A stretch of DNA of 64,000 bases from Halopseudomonas sp. (GCF_036960865.1 NZ_JBALWE010000013.1:5599-69598); one strand, 5' to 3'; shown: positions 45,364-56,073, counted from the stretch's first letter. Translations and numbers: made by a program. The notes: generated by a model not told the origin, from the sequence alone.

Positions 45364-45514
45364 GATTTGCCTCTCACTATCAGATGTATGGGCGGACAGA
45401 TTGCCGCGAACTCGCCGATCATAAACCAGCCAGACGGCAAGTCATGCCCGTTGCGTGCACTATTCACAGGGCTGATTGTTTGCCAGTTGGCAGGCCGAAA
45501 CCCGGTCTGGCGAA

Positions 45515-46600
45515 TCAGCCCACATCACTCACCGCAAGCCCCGCGCCATCACTGATCACCTGATTACGCCCATAGGCCTTACCGCGATACAGGCGTTGAT
45601 CGGCACAACGGTAGAGGGCTTCGGCATCCGCGCCATCAACCGGCCACTGCGCCACGCCGAAGGTCGCTGCCAGCGGCACCTGCATGCCACTGAGCTGCAA
45701 CGGTCGCGCGCCCAACGCCTCGCGCAGGTCTTCTACCAGGGTTGCACCCGCCTCCACGTCGGTATTGAGCAGCAGCAGGCCAAACTCTTCGCCGCCCAAG
45801 CGGCCCAGGTGATCGGTCTTGCGCAAGCGCTGTTGCAGTACCTTGCACAGGTGCTGCAGGGCACGGTCGCCCACCACGTGCCCCCAACTGTCATTCACCT
45901 GCTTGAAGTGATCAACATCGAGCAACACTAGGCAAAAGGCCTGGTGGCTGCGGTCAGCCTCCTGCGTCACCTGAATAAACAGCTGTTGAAAGCGGCCGCG
46001 GTTGAGCACACCAGTCAGCGCGTCGGTTTCCGCCACTCGCTCCAATACACGCTGCGCCGCGGCGCGGCGGCCTTCATAGATATGTACAAACAGCATCAGC
46101 AACACACCGCAGAGGATAGCGTTGCCCAGATCGATCATCCCCGCCGCCGTACGCACCTCGGCGTAGCGCCAGACATAGAGCACGGCTGCCAGCACAATAA
46201 AGGGCGCTGCCAGCCAGAAGCCGGCGGTACGGCCCAGCAGCAGATACGACATGATCGGTACCAGGTACATCCAGACAAAGGCCGTGGGCGAAGCGCCGGG
46301 CATGACGATGATGTACAGCATGAAACAGAAGGTGGGCAGCAGATACAGGTAGATCCAGGGCGTCAGCTCGCGCACCGCAACAATCTTCCAGGCAGCCCAG
46401 AGCAACAGCAGGCCGGCGCTGATTTCCAGCAACCCGAGCAGCCGATTGTCATTGCTTAACTGCAGGACCGCGAAACCGCACAGCGTCAGCCCGGTAGACA
46501 GCAGCACCAGGCGTAATAGCTTGCGGCGGTCTGCGTCTGCCAAGGCGTTGCGTGCGGAGGCGCCGACATCGGCTGCCGGAGCTTTGAGTTCTGCTGGCAT
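45515..46600 (-). CDS. Membrane-anchored diguanylate cyclase (GGDEF)
   Basis: The N-terminal half has about 6 TM helices. The C-terminal GGDEF domain has an RLGGEEFGLLL active site and an RxxD-like I-site region (RKTD). Confidence 0.85.
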   Translation of the reverse strand: MPAELKAPAADVGASARNALADADRRKLLRLVLLSTGLTLCGFAVLQLSNDNRLLGLLEISAGLLLLWAAWKIVAVRELTPWIYLYLLPTFCFMLYIIVMPGASPTAFVWMYLVPIMSYLLLGRTAGFWLAAPFIVLAAVLYVWRYAEVRTAAGMIDLGNAILCGVLLMLFVHIYEGRRAAAQRVLERVAETDALTGVLNRGRFQQLFIQVTQEADRSHQAFCLVLLDVDHFKQVNDSWGHVVGDRALQHLCKVLQQRLRKTDHLGRLGGEEFGLLLLNTDVEAGATLVEDLREALGARPLQLSGMQVPLAATFGVAQWPVDGADAEALYRCADQRLYRGKAYGRNQVISDGAGLAVSDVG

Positions 46601-46653
46601 ATCCCTCGCCTGCGCGGGCTGTAAAGCCCTTAAGTCTAGTTGGTGCGCCGCAA

Positions 46654-47196
46654 CTAGCCAGCCCAGTCTTCGAGCAGGTGCTGGTTCTTGAGACGCACAT
46701 AATTGTCGGCCGAGTAGCTGAAAAAGGCCTTTTCCTTATCAGTCAGCGCGCGCACCTGGCGCGCCGGGCTGCCCATATAGAGATGCCCGCTTTCCAGCGT
46801 GCGGTTGGCTGGAACCAGTGAGCCAGCGCCGACAATCACCTCATCTTCCACCACGGCACCGTCCATGATTATGCTGCCCATGCCGATCAGCACTCGGTTG
46901 CCAATACTGCAGCCGTGCAGCAACACCTTGTGTCCAACCGTGACCTCGTCGCCGATCACCAGCGGGTAACCATCGGGATTGAAGGGCCCCGCGTGGGTGA
47001 TGTGCAGCACACTGCCATCCTGAATGCTGGTGCGCGCGCCAATGCGGATACGGTGCATGTCACCACGAATCACCGTAGCCGGCCACACCGAACAATCGTC
47101 ACCCAGCACCACGTCTCCCAGCACCACGGCCGAGGGGTCAACGAAGACCGCCTCGCCGAGCTGCGGCGTCTTTTCGCCAAAGGGCCTTACCTTCAT
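46654..47196 (-). CDS. Gamma-carbonic-anhydrase-like / hexapeptide-repeat (YrdA/PaaY family) protein
   Basis: Left-handed beta-helix repeats with the His triad context (IRGDMHRIRIG, HGCSIG). 180 aa. Confidence 0.8.
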   Translation of the reverse strand: MKVRPFGEKTPQLGEAVFVDPSAVVLGDVVLGDDCSVWPATVIRGDMHRIRIGARTSIQDGSVLHITHAGPFNPDGYPLVIGDEVTVGHKVLLHGCSIGNRVLIGMGSIIMDGAVVEDEVIVGAGSLVPANRTLESGHLYMGSPARQVRALTDKEKAFFSYSADNYVRLKNQHLLEDWAG

Positions 47197-47365
47197 CTCG
47201 CCACCTCGCTTGCCTGTTTGAGTAGCCGCGCGCCTTGAAATAGCGGGGCCGTGCCCATAGATCTTGAGGACGACAAGGGTCTAGAGCAATCTGCTCGCCA
47301 CGCCCTGCACCGATTTAATATGATGGCTGTCGAACGCTGCCACTGTCCAATCAGGAAACCACTTC

Positions 47366-49408
47366 ATGTCCAATCCGCTGCTGCAACCCTACGACCTGCC
47401 GCCGTTCAGTGCCATTCGCGCCGAGCACGTCAAGCCCGCCGTCGAGCAGATACTGGCCGACAGCCGCGCCCAGGTAGAAGCCCTGCTGGCCAATCCGCCG
47501 GCCCGGTGGAGCTGGTCCAATCTGGTAGAGCCGCTGGATGACATGGGCGAGAAGCTGTCGCGTGCCTGGTCGCCGGTCAGCCACCTGAATGCCGTGATGA
47601 ACAGCCCAGAGTTGCGTGAGGCCTATGAAAGCTGCCTGCCGCTGCTGAGCCAGTACTTCACCGAGCTGGGGCAGAATCAGGCGCTGTTCGAGGCCTATCA
47701 GCAACTGGCCAATAGTGCCGAGTTTGCCGACCTCGACAAGGCGCAACAGACCATCATCGAACACGCGCTGCGCGACTTCCGCCTGTCCGGCATCGCCTTG
47801 CCGCCGGCGCAGCAAAAGCGCTACGGCGAGCTGCAGATGCGCTTGTCCGAGCTGCAAAGTACTTTCTCCAATCAGGTGCTGGACGCCACCCAGGCCTGGA
47901 CCAAGGAACTCAGCGAAGCCGAGCAGCTCGACGGCTTGCCCGACTCCGCCCTGGAGCAGGCCAGACAGGCCGCAGCCGCGCGCGAACTGGATGGCTGGCT
48001 GGTCACCCTCGACTTCCCCAGCTATTACGCGGTAATGACCTACGCCAATGACCGCGCTTTGCGTGAAGAGGTGTATACCGCCTTCTGCACCCGCGCCTCG
48101 GATCAGGGGCCGAATGCAGGCCAGCTGGATAACGGCCCGATCATCGAAGAAATTCTCGTGCTGCGCCAGGAACTGGCCGAGCTGCTCGGCTTTGCCAACT
48201 ACGCGGAACTGTCGCTGGCCACCAAGATGGCCGAGAGCACCGATCAGGTACTCGGTTTTCTGCGCGACCTGGGCCAACGCAGCAAGGGTCACGCCGAGCA
48301 GGACCTGGCCGCGCTGCGCGCCTTTGCCGCCGAGCAGGGTTGCGCCGAACTCAAGCCTTGGGATGTGGGCTATTACAGCGAGAAGCTGCGCCAGCACCGC
48401 TACGCCATTTCGCAGGAAGTGCTGCGCCCCTACTTCCCGGTCAATACGGTGATCAAGGGTATGTTTGGCGTCGTGCAAAAGCTGTACGGCATCGAGCTGC
48501 GTGAAGTCGAGCAATTCGAGCGCTGGCACGCCGATGCACGCCTGTTCGAGGTGCTTGAGCAGGGCGAAGTCATTGGCCGGTTCTTCCTCGATCTTTATGC
48601 CCGCTCGCACAAGCGTGGCGGCGCCTGGATGGACGGCTGCCGTGATCGCCGTCTGCTCCCCGGTGGCCAGCTGCAGCGCCCGATTGCCTATCTGGTGTGC
48701 AACTTCACGCCGCCCGCTGGCGGCAAGCCGGCGCTGCTGACCCATGATGAAGTCACTACCCTGTTCCACGAGTTTGGTCATGGCCTGCACCACCTGCTGA
48801 CCCGCGTTGACTATGCCTCCGCCAGCGGCATCAACGGCGTGGCCTGGGACGCTGTCGAGCTGCCCAGCCAGTTCATGGAAAACTGGTGCTGGGAGCCGGA
48901 AGGGCTGGCGTTGATTTCCGGGCATTTCGAGACCGGTGAAGCGCTGCCACAAGAGCTGCTGGACAAGATGCTGGCGGCCAAAAACTTCCAGTCCGGCATG
49001 GGTATGCTGCGGCAGATCGAGCTCTCGCTGTTCGACTTCGAGCTGCACGTGCGCCAGAACCCGGAGCTGAATGTGCAGCAGGTGCTCGACAAGGTGCGCG
49101 ACGAGGTCGCTGTGATGCGACCACCGGCGTTCAACCGCTTTCAGAATGGCTTCAGCCATATCTTTGCCGGCGGTTACGCCGCCGGTTATTACAGCTACAA
49201 ATGGGCTGAGGTACTGTCGGCCGATGCCTTCTCGCGCTTTGAGGAAGAGGGAGTGCTGAACGAGGCAACCGGACGCGCCTTCCGCGACAACATCCTGGCC
49301 CGCGGCGGCAGTGAAGAGCCGATGGCCCTGTTCGTTGCCTTCCGCGGCCGCGAGCCGTCCATAGACCCCCTGCTGCGCCACCTTGGCCTGTCCGGGGAGG
49401 CGGCATGA
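47366..49408 (+). CDS. prlC: Oligopeptidase A (M3 family)
   Basis: HEFGHGLHH zinc motif; 680 aa; followed by yheV, as in enterobacteria. Confidence 0.9.
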   Translation: MSNPLLQPYDLPPFSAIRAEHVKPAVEQILADSRAQVEALLANPPARWSWSNLVEPLDDMGEKLSRAWSPVSHLNAVMNSPELREAYESCLPLLSQYFTELGQNQALFEAYQQLANSAEFADLDKAQQTIIEHALRDFRLSGIALPPAQQKRYGELQMRLSELQSTFSNQVLDATQAWTKELSEAEQLDGLPDSALEQARQAAAARELDGWLVTLDFPSYYAVMTYANDRALREEVYTAFCTRASDQGPNAGQLDNGPIIEEILVLRQELAELLGFANYAELSLATKMAESTDQVLGFLRDLGQRSKGHAEQDLAALRAFAAEQGCAELKPWDVGYYSEKLRQHRYAISQEVLRPYFPVNTVIKGMFGVVQKLYGIELREVEQFERWHADARLFEVLEQGEVIGRFFLDLYARSHKRGGAWMDGCRDRRLLPGGQLQRPIAYLVCNFTPPAGGKPALLTHDEVTTLFHEFGHGLHHLLTRVDYASASGINGVAWDAVELPSQFMENWCWEPEGLALISGHFETGEALPQELLDKMLAAKNFQSGMGMLRQIELSLFDFELHVRQNPELNVQQVLDKVRDEVAVMRPPAFNRFQNGFSHIFAGGYAAGYYSYKWAEVLSADAFSRFEEEGVLNEATGRAFRDNILARGGSEEPMALFVAFRGREPSIDPLLRHLGLSGEAA

Positions 49409-49671
49409 GCCAGCCGGTGAAGCGCTTTATTGCCGGGGCGGTTTGCCCGGCATGCAGTACCATGGACACCATTCGCATGTTTGAAGAAGAGGGCGTGCCG
49501 CACCGCGAATGCGTGCAGTGCGGCTACGCCGACACCCTGGACGAGCGCGGCAACTCGGTGCCCAGCGAACTGACCACCCGGGTCAATGTCAGCAAACCCA
49601 AGGCGGACAAGCCCACTACACAGACCGTGCAGTTCTTCCCCAATCCACGGCTGAAAAAAAAGCCGGAGTAA
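49405..49671 (+). CDS. yheV: YheV-family zinc-ribbon protein
   Basis: CPACS...CVQCG forms a four-Cys ribbon. ATGA overlap with prlC. Confidence 0.8.
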   Translation: MSQPVKRFIAGAVCPACSTMDTIRMFEEEGVPHRECVQCGYADTLDERGNSVPSELTTRVNVSKPKADKPTTQTVQFFPNPRLKKKPE

Positions 49672-49685
49672 TCTCCGGCTTTATT
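49654..49685. terminator. Rho-independent, probably bidirectional terminator
   Basis: AAAAAAA-agccggag-taat-ctccggct-TTATT. The yheV stop codon lies in the loop, and the site is between convergent genes. Confidence 0.7.
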
Positions 49686-49706
49686 CCTGCTCGCTAATCG
49701 TGCAGC

Positions 49707-50348
49707 TCAGGCAGCGCCGCGCCACTCGATGCCGATACCCAACTGGGCACTCATGCAGGGCCACTGCTGCCAAAGCGCGCTTTTGGCGTCGGCCTGCTCG
49801 GCCAGGTAGCTCTGGAAAGCCTCCGAGCTGAAGGTTTCGACCGGCAGCAAGCCAGCGACCGCCGTATCCACGGCAACATCCAGCTGATTGGCAAACTCGT
49901 CACCGAGCAACTGGTGCACGATCAGGTTGGCGCGCGTGATATCCATCGGGATCAGCGCCGCACCGCCGTGTGCCACATAACGGTCGTTCACCTCCTCCAC
50001 CAGCCGGTGAGCCAAATAGGCCTCATCCAGCAGCGCCAGCAGCCCTTGATGTTCAGCAGGCAGGTCGGGCGGCTGCAGAAAGAACGCCTCGGCGACCTTC
50101 AGCACCGGCAATAAACGGTCGCGCATGTGCGCGGCCTCGGCCACGGCCGCCGCCGCATCGAGTACGTTGGGGACCTGCTCGACATAGGCCTGAACAAAGT
50201 TAAACAGTGTGTCGACGCCATCGTCTTCCAGACGAATGGCCGGATGCAGGTCAGGCAGGCGCTCAGCCAGCCAGGCACGCAAATGCTGCTGGGTATCAGG
50301 CTGACTCAGTGCCAGTTCAACCTGGCGTTTCAAAGCGGGCGTATTCAT
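49707..50348 (-). CDS. Hypothetical protein
   Basis: 213-aa acidic, helical-looking ORF with good coding appearance. No motif recognised. Confidence 0.5.
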   Translation of the reverse strand: MNTPALKRQVELALSQPDTQQHLRAWLAERLPDLHPAIRLEDDGVDTLFNFVQAYVEQVPNVLDAAAAVAEAAHMRDRLLPVLKVAEAFFLQPPDLPAEHQGLLALLDEAYLAHRLVEEVNDRYVAHGGAALIPMDITRANLIVHQLLGDEFANQLDVAVDTAVAGLLPVETFSSEAFQSYLAEQADAKSALWQQWPCMSAQLGIGIEWRGAA

Positions 50349-50784
50349 TGATTCCTCTCCACAACGACAGCCGTAGACTGCAGATGGGTCGTCAGAGTGA
50401 CGGGTTGCACGACAAGCTAGCAGAGGCCACAGAACTCGTCAAAGTGGCTCACAGTGAGGCATTAGACCAATTTGTAATAACACAGCAATAGAAATCGGCC
50501 TTGCCACAGAACAATACCACCGAGACGATTTATAGCGGCCTTCTGCCATCTTCGCCAGCCACACAGACAGGTTAAAAAATAACCGCCAGCAACATTGCCA
50601 AGCCCAATGCCGGGTCTATACTCGAAAGTGTCCGGTAGCCATTGGGGGTACTGGCCGGGGGATTTACAGCGACAGTTTAGTCGTTTGCAGACTCTGGTCC
50701 ATTGCGTTTACAGCGACCCAAGGTCGCAGTGTAGCGACTTCCCTGCGCGCCTGGAGTGATAAAAAAAATAAAGGGGAACCGGGA

Positions 50785-51909
50785 ATGTTGCGATCAGCAA
50801 TGACCTGGCTGGTTGGTCTGTCCTTGTCCGCCGTTGGCAGCGTTGCCAACGCCGAGTGGGGCGTCAACATGCAGCCGGGCGTCACCGAAGTTAGCCAGTC
50901 CGTGTTCGACCTGCACATGACCATTTTCTGGATCTGTGTGGTGATCGGCGTAATCGTTTTCGGCGTCATGTTCTGGTCGATGCTCATGCATCGAAAATCC
51001 GAGGACAGCAAGCCAGCCACCTTTCATGAGAACCTCACGGTCGAGATCCTCTGGACCGTCATCCCTCTGATCATCCTCATCGTCATGGCGGTGCCTGCCA
51101 CCAAGACGCTGATCGATATCTATGACGCCGAAGAGTCCGACGTCGATATCCTGGTCACCGGCTACCAATGGCGCTGGCAGTACAAGTACGTGGGCGAGGG
51201 CGTCAGCTACTTCAGCTCACTCGCCACGCCCCGCGACGAGATCAACAACGTTGCGGAGAAAAACCCCAACTACCTGCTGGAAGTCGACAACCCGCTGGTG
51301 GTGCCGGTTGGCAAGAAGATCCGCTTCCTGATTACCTCGGCTGACGTTATCCACTCCTGGTGGGTGCCAGCCTTTGCTGTCAAAAAGGATGCTATCCCAG
51401 GTTTCGTCAACGAGTCCTGGACGCGCATCGACCAGCCCGGCATCTACCGCGGCCAGTGCACCGAGCTGTGCGGCAAGGATCACGGTTTCATGCCCATCGT
51501 GGTGGAAGCCAAGACCCAGGCCGACTACGACGCCTGGCTGGCTGAACAGAAAGAAGCCGCCGCCAAGGAAGCCGAGCTGCGCGAGAAAGACTGGACGCTG
51601 GAAGAACTGGTCGCACGTGGCGAGAAGGTCTACAACTCGGCCTGTGCTTCCTGTCACCAGGCTGGCGGTGAAGGCATACCGCCAATGTTCCCGGCGCTCA
51701 AGGGCAGCGACATTGTGCTCAACGACATTCAGGAACACATCAACACCGTCGTGAATGGCCGTCCCGGCACGGCAATGGCGGCCTTCGGCAAACAACTCTC
51801 TGAAGTGGATGCGGCAGCGGTCATCACCTATGAACGCAACGCCTGGGGCAACGACACCGGTGAGGTAGTCAGCCCGCTCGACATCCTCAACTTCAAAGAC
51901 GGCCAATAG
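50785..51909 (+). CDS. coxB: aa3-type cytochrome c oxidase subunit II with C-terminal cytochrome c domain
   Basis: The CuA site is HSWWVP...CTELCGKDHGFM. The CASCH haem-c motif is present. Confidence 0.9.
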   Translation: MLRSAMTWLVGLSLSAVGSVANAEWGVNMQPGVTEVSQSVFDLHMTIFWICVVIGVIVFGVMFWSMLMHRKSEDSKPATFHENLTVEILWTVIPLIILIVMAVPATKTLIDIYDAEESDVDILVTGYQWRWQYKYVGEGVSYFSSLATPRDEINNVAEKNPNYLLEVDNPLVVPVGKKIRFLITSADVIHSWWVPAFAVKKDAIPGFVNESWTRIDQPGIYRGQCTELCGKDHGFMPIVVEAKTQADYDAWLAEQKEAAAKEAELREKDWTLEELVARGEKVYNSACASCHQAGGEGIPPMFPALKGSDIVLNDIQEHINTVVNGRPGTAMAAFGKQLSEVDAAAVITYERNAWGNDTGEVVSPLDILNFKDGQ

Positions 51910-51919
51910 GAGACCTGTC

Positions 51920-53503
51920 ATGAGCGCAGTGATCGATCACCATCACGCCGACCATGCCCATGGTCCGGCCAAGGGGCTGATGCGGTGGGTTCTGACCACC
52001 AACCACAAAGACATCGGCACCATGTACCTGTGGTTCAGCTTCATCATGTTCCTGGCCGGTGGCAGCATGGCCATGGTCATACGAGCAGAACTGTTCCAGC
52101 CCGGCCTGCAACTGGTGCAGCCGGAGTTCTTTAACCAGATGACCACCACCCACGGCCTGATCATGGTCTTCGGCGCCGTGATGCCCGCCTTTGTCGGGCT
52201 GGCCAACTGGATGATCCCGTTGATGGTCGGCGCGCCGGATATGGCGTTACCCCGCATGAACAACTTCAGCTTCTGGCTATTGCCGATGGCGTTCGGGTTA
52301 CTTCTCTCGACGCTGTTCATGGAGGGCGGCGGGCCGAATTTCGGCTGGACCTTCTACGCGCCGCTATCAACCACCTACGCGCCGCCCAGCGTCACCTTCT
52401 TCATCTTCGCCATTCACCTGGCGGGCATCAGTTCAATCATGGGCGCGATCAATATCATCGCCACCATTCTGAACCTGCGCGCGCCCGGCATGACGTTGAT
52501 GAAAATGCCGCTGTTCGTCTGGACCTGGCTGATCACCGCCTTCCTGCTGATTGCCGTGATGCCGGTCCTGGCCGGCGTGGTCACCATGATGCTGATGGAC
52601 ATTCACTTTGGCACCAGCTTCTTCAATGCTGCCGGCGGCGGTGACCCGGTGATGTTCCAGCACATCTTCTGGTTCTTCGGCCATCCCGAGGTATACATCA
52701 TGATCCTGCCGGCCTTCGGCGCGGTGAGCCAGATCATTCCAACCTTCAGCCGCAAGCCGCTGTTTGGTTACACCTCAATGGTCTATGCCACTGCGGCAAT
52801 TGCCTTCCTGTCGTTCATTGTCTGGGCGCACCACATGTTCACCGTGGGCATTCCGATTACCGGCGAACTGTTCTTCATGTACGCCACCATGCTGATCGCC
52901 GTACCGACAGGGGTAAAGGTGTTCAACTGGGTGAGCACCATGTTCCGCGGTGCACTGACCTTTGAAACGCCGATGCTGTTTGCCGTAGCCTTTGTGATCC
53001 TGTTCACCATCGGCGGCTTTTCCGGGCTGATGCTGGCGATTGCTCCAGCGGACTTCCAGTACCACGATACCTACTTTGTCGTGGCGCACTTCCACTACGT
53101 GCTGGTGCCTGGTGCGATCTTCGGCATCTTTGCGTCGGCGTACTACTGGCTGCCCAAGTGGACCGGCCACATGTATGACGAAGTGCTCGGCAAGACACAT
53201 TTCTGGATGAGCTTCATTGGCATGAATCTGGCGTTTTTCCCGATGCACTTTGTCGGACTGGCCGGCATGCCGCGGCGGATACCCGACTACAACATCATGT
53301 TTGCCAACTTCAACATGGTGTCCTCCATCGGTGCCTTCATGTTCGGCGCGACCCAGTTGCTGTTCCTGTTCATCGTCATCAAGTGCATCAAGGGCGGGCC
53401 AAAGGCAGCTGCCAACCCATGGGAAGGTGCCGAAGGGCTGGAGTGGACAGTACCGTCCCCTGCGCCCTACCACACCTTTACCACTCCACCTGAAGTGAAG
53501 TAG
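51920..53503 (+). CDS. coxA: Cytochrome c oxidase subunit I
   Basis: WFFGHPEVY, HHMF and VVAHFHYV haem/CuB ligand motifs. Confidence 0.95.
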   Translation: MSAVIDHHHADHAHGPAKGLMRWVLTTNHKDIGTMYLWFSFIMFLAGGSMAMVIRAELFQPGLQLVQPEFFNQMTTTHGLIMVFGAVMPAFVGLANWMIPLMVGAPDMALPRMNNFSFWLLPMAFGLLLSTLFMEGGGPNFGWTFYAPLSTTYAPPSVTFFIFAIHLAGISSIMGAINIIATILNLRAPGMTLMKMPLFVWTWLITAFLLIAVMPVLAGVVTMMLMDIHFGTSFFNAAGGGDPVMFQHIFWFFGHPEVYIMILPAFGAVSQIIPTFSRKPLFGYTSMVYATAAIAFLSFIVWAHHMFTVGIPITGELFFMYATMLIAVPTGVKVFNWVSTMFRGALTFETPMLFAVAFVILFTIGGFSGLMLAIAPADFQYHDTYFVVAHFHYVLVPGAIFGIFASAYYWLPKWTGHMYDEVLGKTHFWMSFIGMNLAFFPMHFVGLAGMPRRIPDYNIMFANFNMVSSIGAFMFGATQLLFLFIVIKCIKGGPKAAANPWEGAEGLEWTVPSPAPYHTFTTPPEVK

Positions 53504-53515
53504 TCGGAGGCCGCC

Positions 53516-54082
53516 ATGAGCGAGCAGCTGTCGAACGCGCGACTGGTCAAACGCTTGCTGTTTACAGTAGTGGCCATGTTCGCCTTTGGCTTCGCCATGG
53601 TGCCGCTGTACGACGTCATGTGTGATGCCCTGGGCATCAACGGCAAGACCAGCGGCACCGCTTACCAACAGGAAAGCGAGCATATTGATGACAGCCGCAC
53701 ACTGCGAGTGCAGTTTCTGGCCACCAATGCAGAGGGTATGAGCTGGTCGTTCGGCCCGGAGGCAGACGAGCTATCGCTGCACCCGGGGGAAACCCGCGAA
53801 ATGCTGTTTCGCGCCAGCAATCCGACCGATCAGCCGATGGTGGCACAGGCGATTCCCAGCGTCGCTCCGTCAAAGGCCGCGGCCTACTTCCACAAGACCG
53901 AATGCTTCTGTTTTACCCAGCAGGTGCTGCAACCGGGCGAGACCGTAATGATGCCAGTGCGCTTCATCGTCGACCCGGCGCTGCCGCAGGATGTAAAGCA
54001 CCTCACGCTGGCTTACACGCTGTTTGATGTAACCGATCGGATGCCTGAAAAGCTGGCGCTGTCAGCCGTGCAGGCCAACTGA
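53516..54082 (+). CDS. ctaG: Cytochrome c oxidase assembly protein CtaG/Cox11
   Basis: CFCF copper-binding motif (KTECFCFTQQ) with a single N-terminal TM segment. Confidence 0.85.
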   Translation: MSEQLSNARLVKRLLFTVVAMFAFGFAMVPLYDVMCDALGINGKTSGTAYQQESEHIDDSRTLRVQFLATNAEGMSWSFGPEADELSLHPGETREMLFRASNPTDQPMVAQAIPSVAPSKAAAYFHKTECFCFTQQVLQPGETVMMPVRFIVDPALPQDVKHLTLAYTLFDVTDRMPEKLALSAVQAN

Positions 54083-54112
54083 GTACAGACTGCCGGATAA
54101 GGAGAACAACAG

Positions 54113-55000
54113 ATGGCGAGTCATGAAACCTACTACGTACCGGCCCAAAGCAAATGGCCGATCATTGCCTCGGTCGGCCTGCTGCTGACGGTGTTTGGCG
54201 GTGGCAGCATGATCAATGGCATGAGCAGCGGCGAGGGTAGTGCTGCCGGCAAGTGGATCTTCTTCGCCGGCGCGCTGACCATCGCCTACATGATGTTCGG
54301 CTGGTTCGCCAACGTCGTGAAGGAAAGCGACCAAGGCCTGTATGGCGCGCAAATGGACCGTTCCTTCCGCATGGGCATGGGCTGGTTTATCTTTTCCGAG
54401 GTGATGTTTTTTGCCGCCTTCTTCGGAGCACTCTTCTACGCCCGTACCTTTGCCGGCCCCTGGTTGGGCGGCGACGGCGACAAGGGCGTTGCCAACATGC
54501 TCTGGCCCGATTTCCAGTTTTCCTGGCCGCTGATGATAAACCCGGATGCCAAGACATTCCCAGGGCCCACAGAAACCATCAGTCCTTGGCAATTACCGCT
54601 GCTCAACACCATCACACTGATTTCATCCAGCGTCACGGTGACCCTTGCCCACCACGCCCTGCGCGCCGACAAGCGCGGCGCGACCAAAGCCTGGCTGGGC
54701 CTGACCGTGCTGTTGGGGGTGATTTTCCTGATCCTGCAGGCGCTGGAATATCAACATGCCTATCACGAACTGGGGCTGACGCTGAATTCCGGCATCTATG
54801 GCTCGACCTTCTTCATGCTGACCGGTTTTCACGGTGCCCACGTGACCATGGGTACTCTGATTCTGGCAATCATGCTGATTCGGATTACCCGCGGCCACTT
54901 CACCCCCGACAAGCATTTCGGCTTTGAAGCGGCGAGCTGGTACTGGCACTTTGTCGACGTGGTCTGGGTGGGATTGTTTGTCTTTGTCTACATTTTCTGA
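54113..55000 (+). CDS. coxC: Cytochrome c oxidase subunit III
   Basis: FFMLTGFHGAHV and WYWHFVDVVW motifs. Confidence 0.9.
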   Translation: MASHETYYVPAQSKWPIIASVGLLLTVFGGGSMINGMSSGEGSAAGKWIFFAGALTIAYMMFGWFANVVKESDQGLYGAQMDRSFRMGMGWFIFSEVMFFAAFFGALFYARTFAGPWLGGDGDKGVANMLWPDFQFSWPLMINPDAKTFPGPTETISPWQLPLLNTITLISSSVTVTLAHHALRADKRGATKAWLGLTVLLGVIFLILQALEYQHAYHELGLTLNSGIYGSTFFMLTGFHGAHVTMGTLILAIMLIRITRGHFTPDKHFGFEAASWYWHFVDVVWVGLFVFVYIF

Positions 55001-55037
55001 GCGCCTGGTCCGGCGCTCGATCACCGCAGGCTCTGGC

Positions 55038-55253
55038 TCAATGCAGCCAGGGCGTGCCCCAGCGCAACTCGCCAGACCAGAAGCCCCAAGCGATCAGCGC
55101 CAGCAGCAATACCGTCAAACTGATACGCACGGTCAGCGCCTTGACCAGCCGGCCGCCGCGGGCATCGCTGTCCTTCATCAGAAAAAACAGCCCATTGAAC
55201 AGGCTGCAAACGACCGCAGCCAAGAGCACCAGAATCGCGATTTTCAACCACAT
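55038..55253 (-). CDS. Twin-TM small protein (DUF2909-like)
   Basis: The ATG at 55253 lies behind GAAGGAGAG. It is 71 aa with two hydrophobic helices, in the same position as in the Pseudomonas cox locus. Confidence 0.6.
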   Translation of the reverse strand: MWLKIAILVLLAAVVCSLFNGLFFLMKDSDARGGRLVKALTVRISLTVLLLALIAWGFWSGELRWGTPWLH

Positions 55254-55311
55254 GGGCGCAAACTCTCCTTCATTGTTATGCGCGCCAGTATAGCCCTGCA
55301 GGAAGGCCACC

Positions 55312-56073
55312 GTGATCATGTCTGAACCCTGCAACAGTGCACGGCGTTTTGCACCGGGGTTGGGGCTCTGGATATTCACCCTCAGCCTACTGCCGCTGCT
55401 GCTGGCGCTGGGCGTCTGGCAGCTGGAGCGCGCCGGCGAGAAGCAGACGCTGGAGCAACAGATGCAGGCGCGCCGTCAGGCCCCTGCGCCGACGCTGAAT
55501 CAGCTGGACCACCCCCGGCCCGCCAACTGGCAGCGACTGACTCTGCGCGGGCACTTTGATCGCCAACGCATCTGGCTGCTGGATAACCGCACCCGTGACG
55601 GAGCCGCCGGCGTTGAAGTACTCCAAGCCTTTCGCGCCGACAACGGCCAATGGCTGTTGATCAACCGTGGCTGGACAGCGTGGCCGGACCGGCGCGAGAC
55701 GATCCACATCAGCACCCCCAGCGGCAATCAGCAACTGCTGGTCGAAGCGCTGCCCGATCCCGATAGCGGCTTCCGCCTCGGCGATGCGGGCGCCAGTACC
55801 CAAAGCTGGCCGCGCCTGATTACCCGCATCAACTTGAACGAGTTGCGCCAGCAGGCAGGCATACCGCTCGCCGACTGGCGCGCGCGACTGCTGGAACCCG
55901 GCAGCGACGCTGCCCTGCGCCTGGACTGGCCTGCGCTGCCAATGAGTTCCAGCCGCCATACCGGTTACGCCGTGCAATGGTTCTGCCTGGCGGGCGCATT
56001 ACTGATCTTGTTTGTCTGGGCCGGCCTGCGGCCCGAACCACGGGGGAATAACAATAATGATGAGCATGACTGA
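55312..56073 (+). CDS. SURF1-family cytochrome oxidase biogenesis protein
   Basis: N- and C-terminal TM segments, GVWQLERAGEK and LINRGW motifs. Confidence 0.8.
   Translation: MIMSEPCNSARRFAPGLGLWIFTLSLLPLLLALGVWQLERAGEKQTLEQQMQARRQAPAPTLNQLDHPRPANWQRLTLRGHFDRQRIWLLDNRTRDGAAGVEVLQAFRADNGQWLLINRGWTAWPDRRETIHISTPSGNQQLLVEALPDPDSGFRLGDAGASTQSWPRLITRINLNELRQQAGIPLADWRARLLEPGSDAALRLDWPALPMSSSRHTGYAVQWFCLAGALLILFVWAGLRPEPRGNNNNDEHD

Noticed and set aside
47351-49381. 676-aa ORF on the minus strand
   Set aside because: It is fully antisense to prlC, whose product has the HEFGH zinc motif and full-length M3 architecture. The antisense product is low-complexity (Ala/Gly/Leu/Gln/Arg-rich), as expected for stop-poor frames in high-GC DNA.
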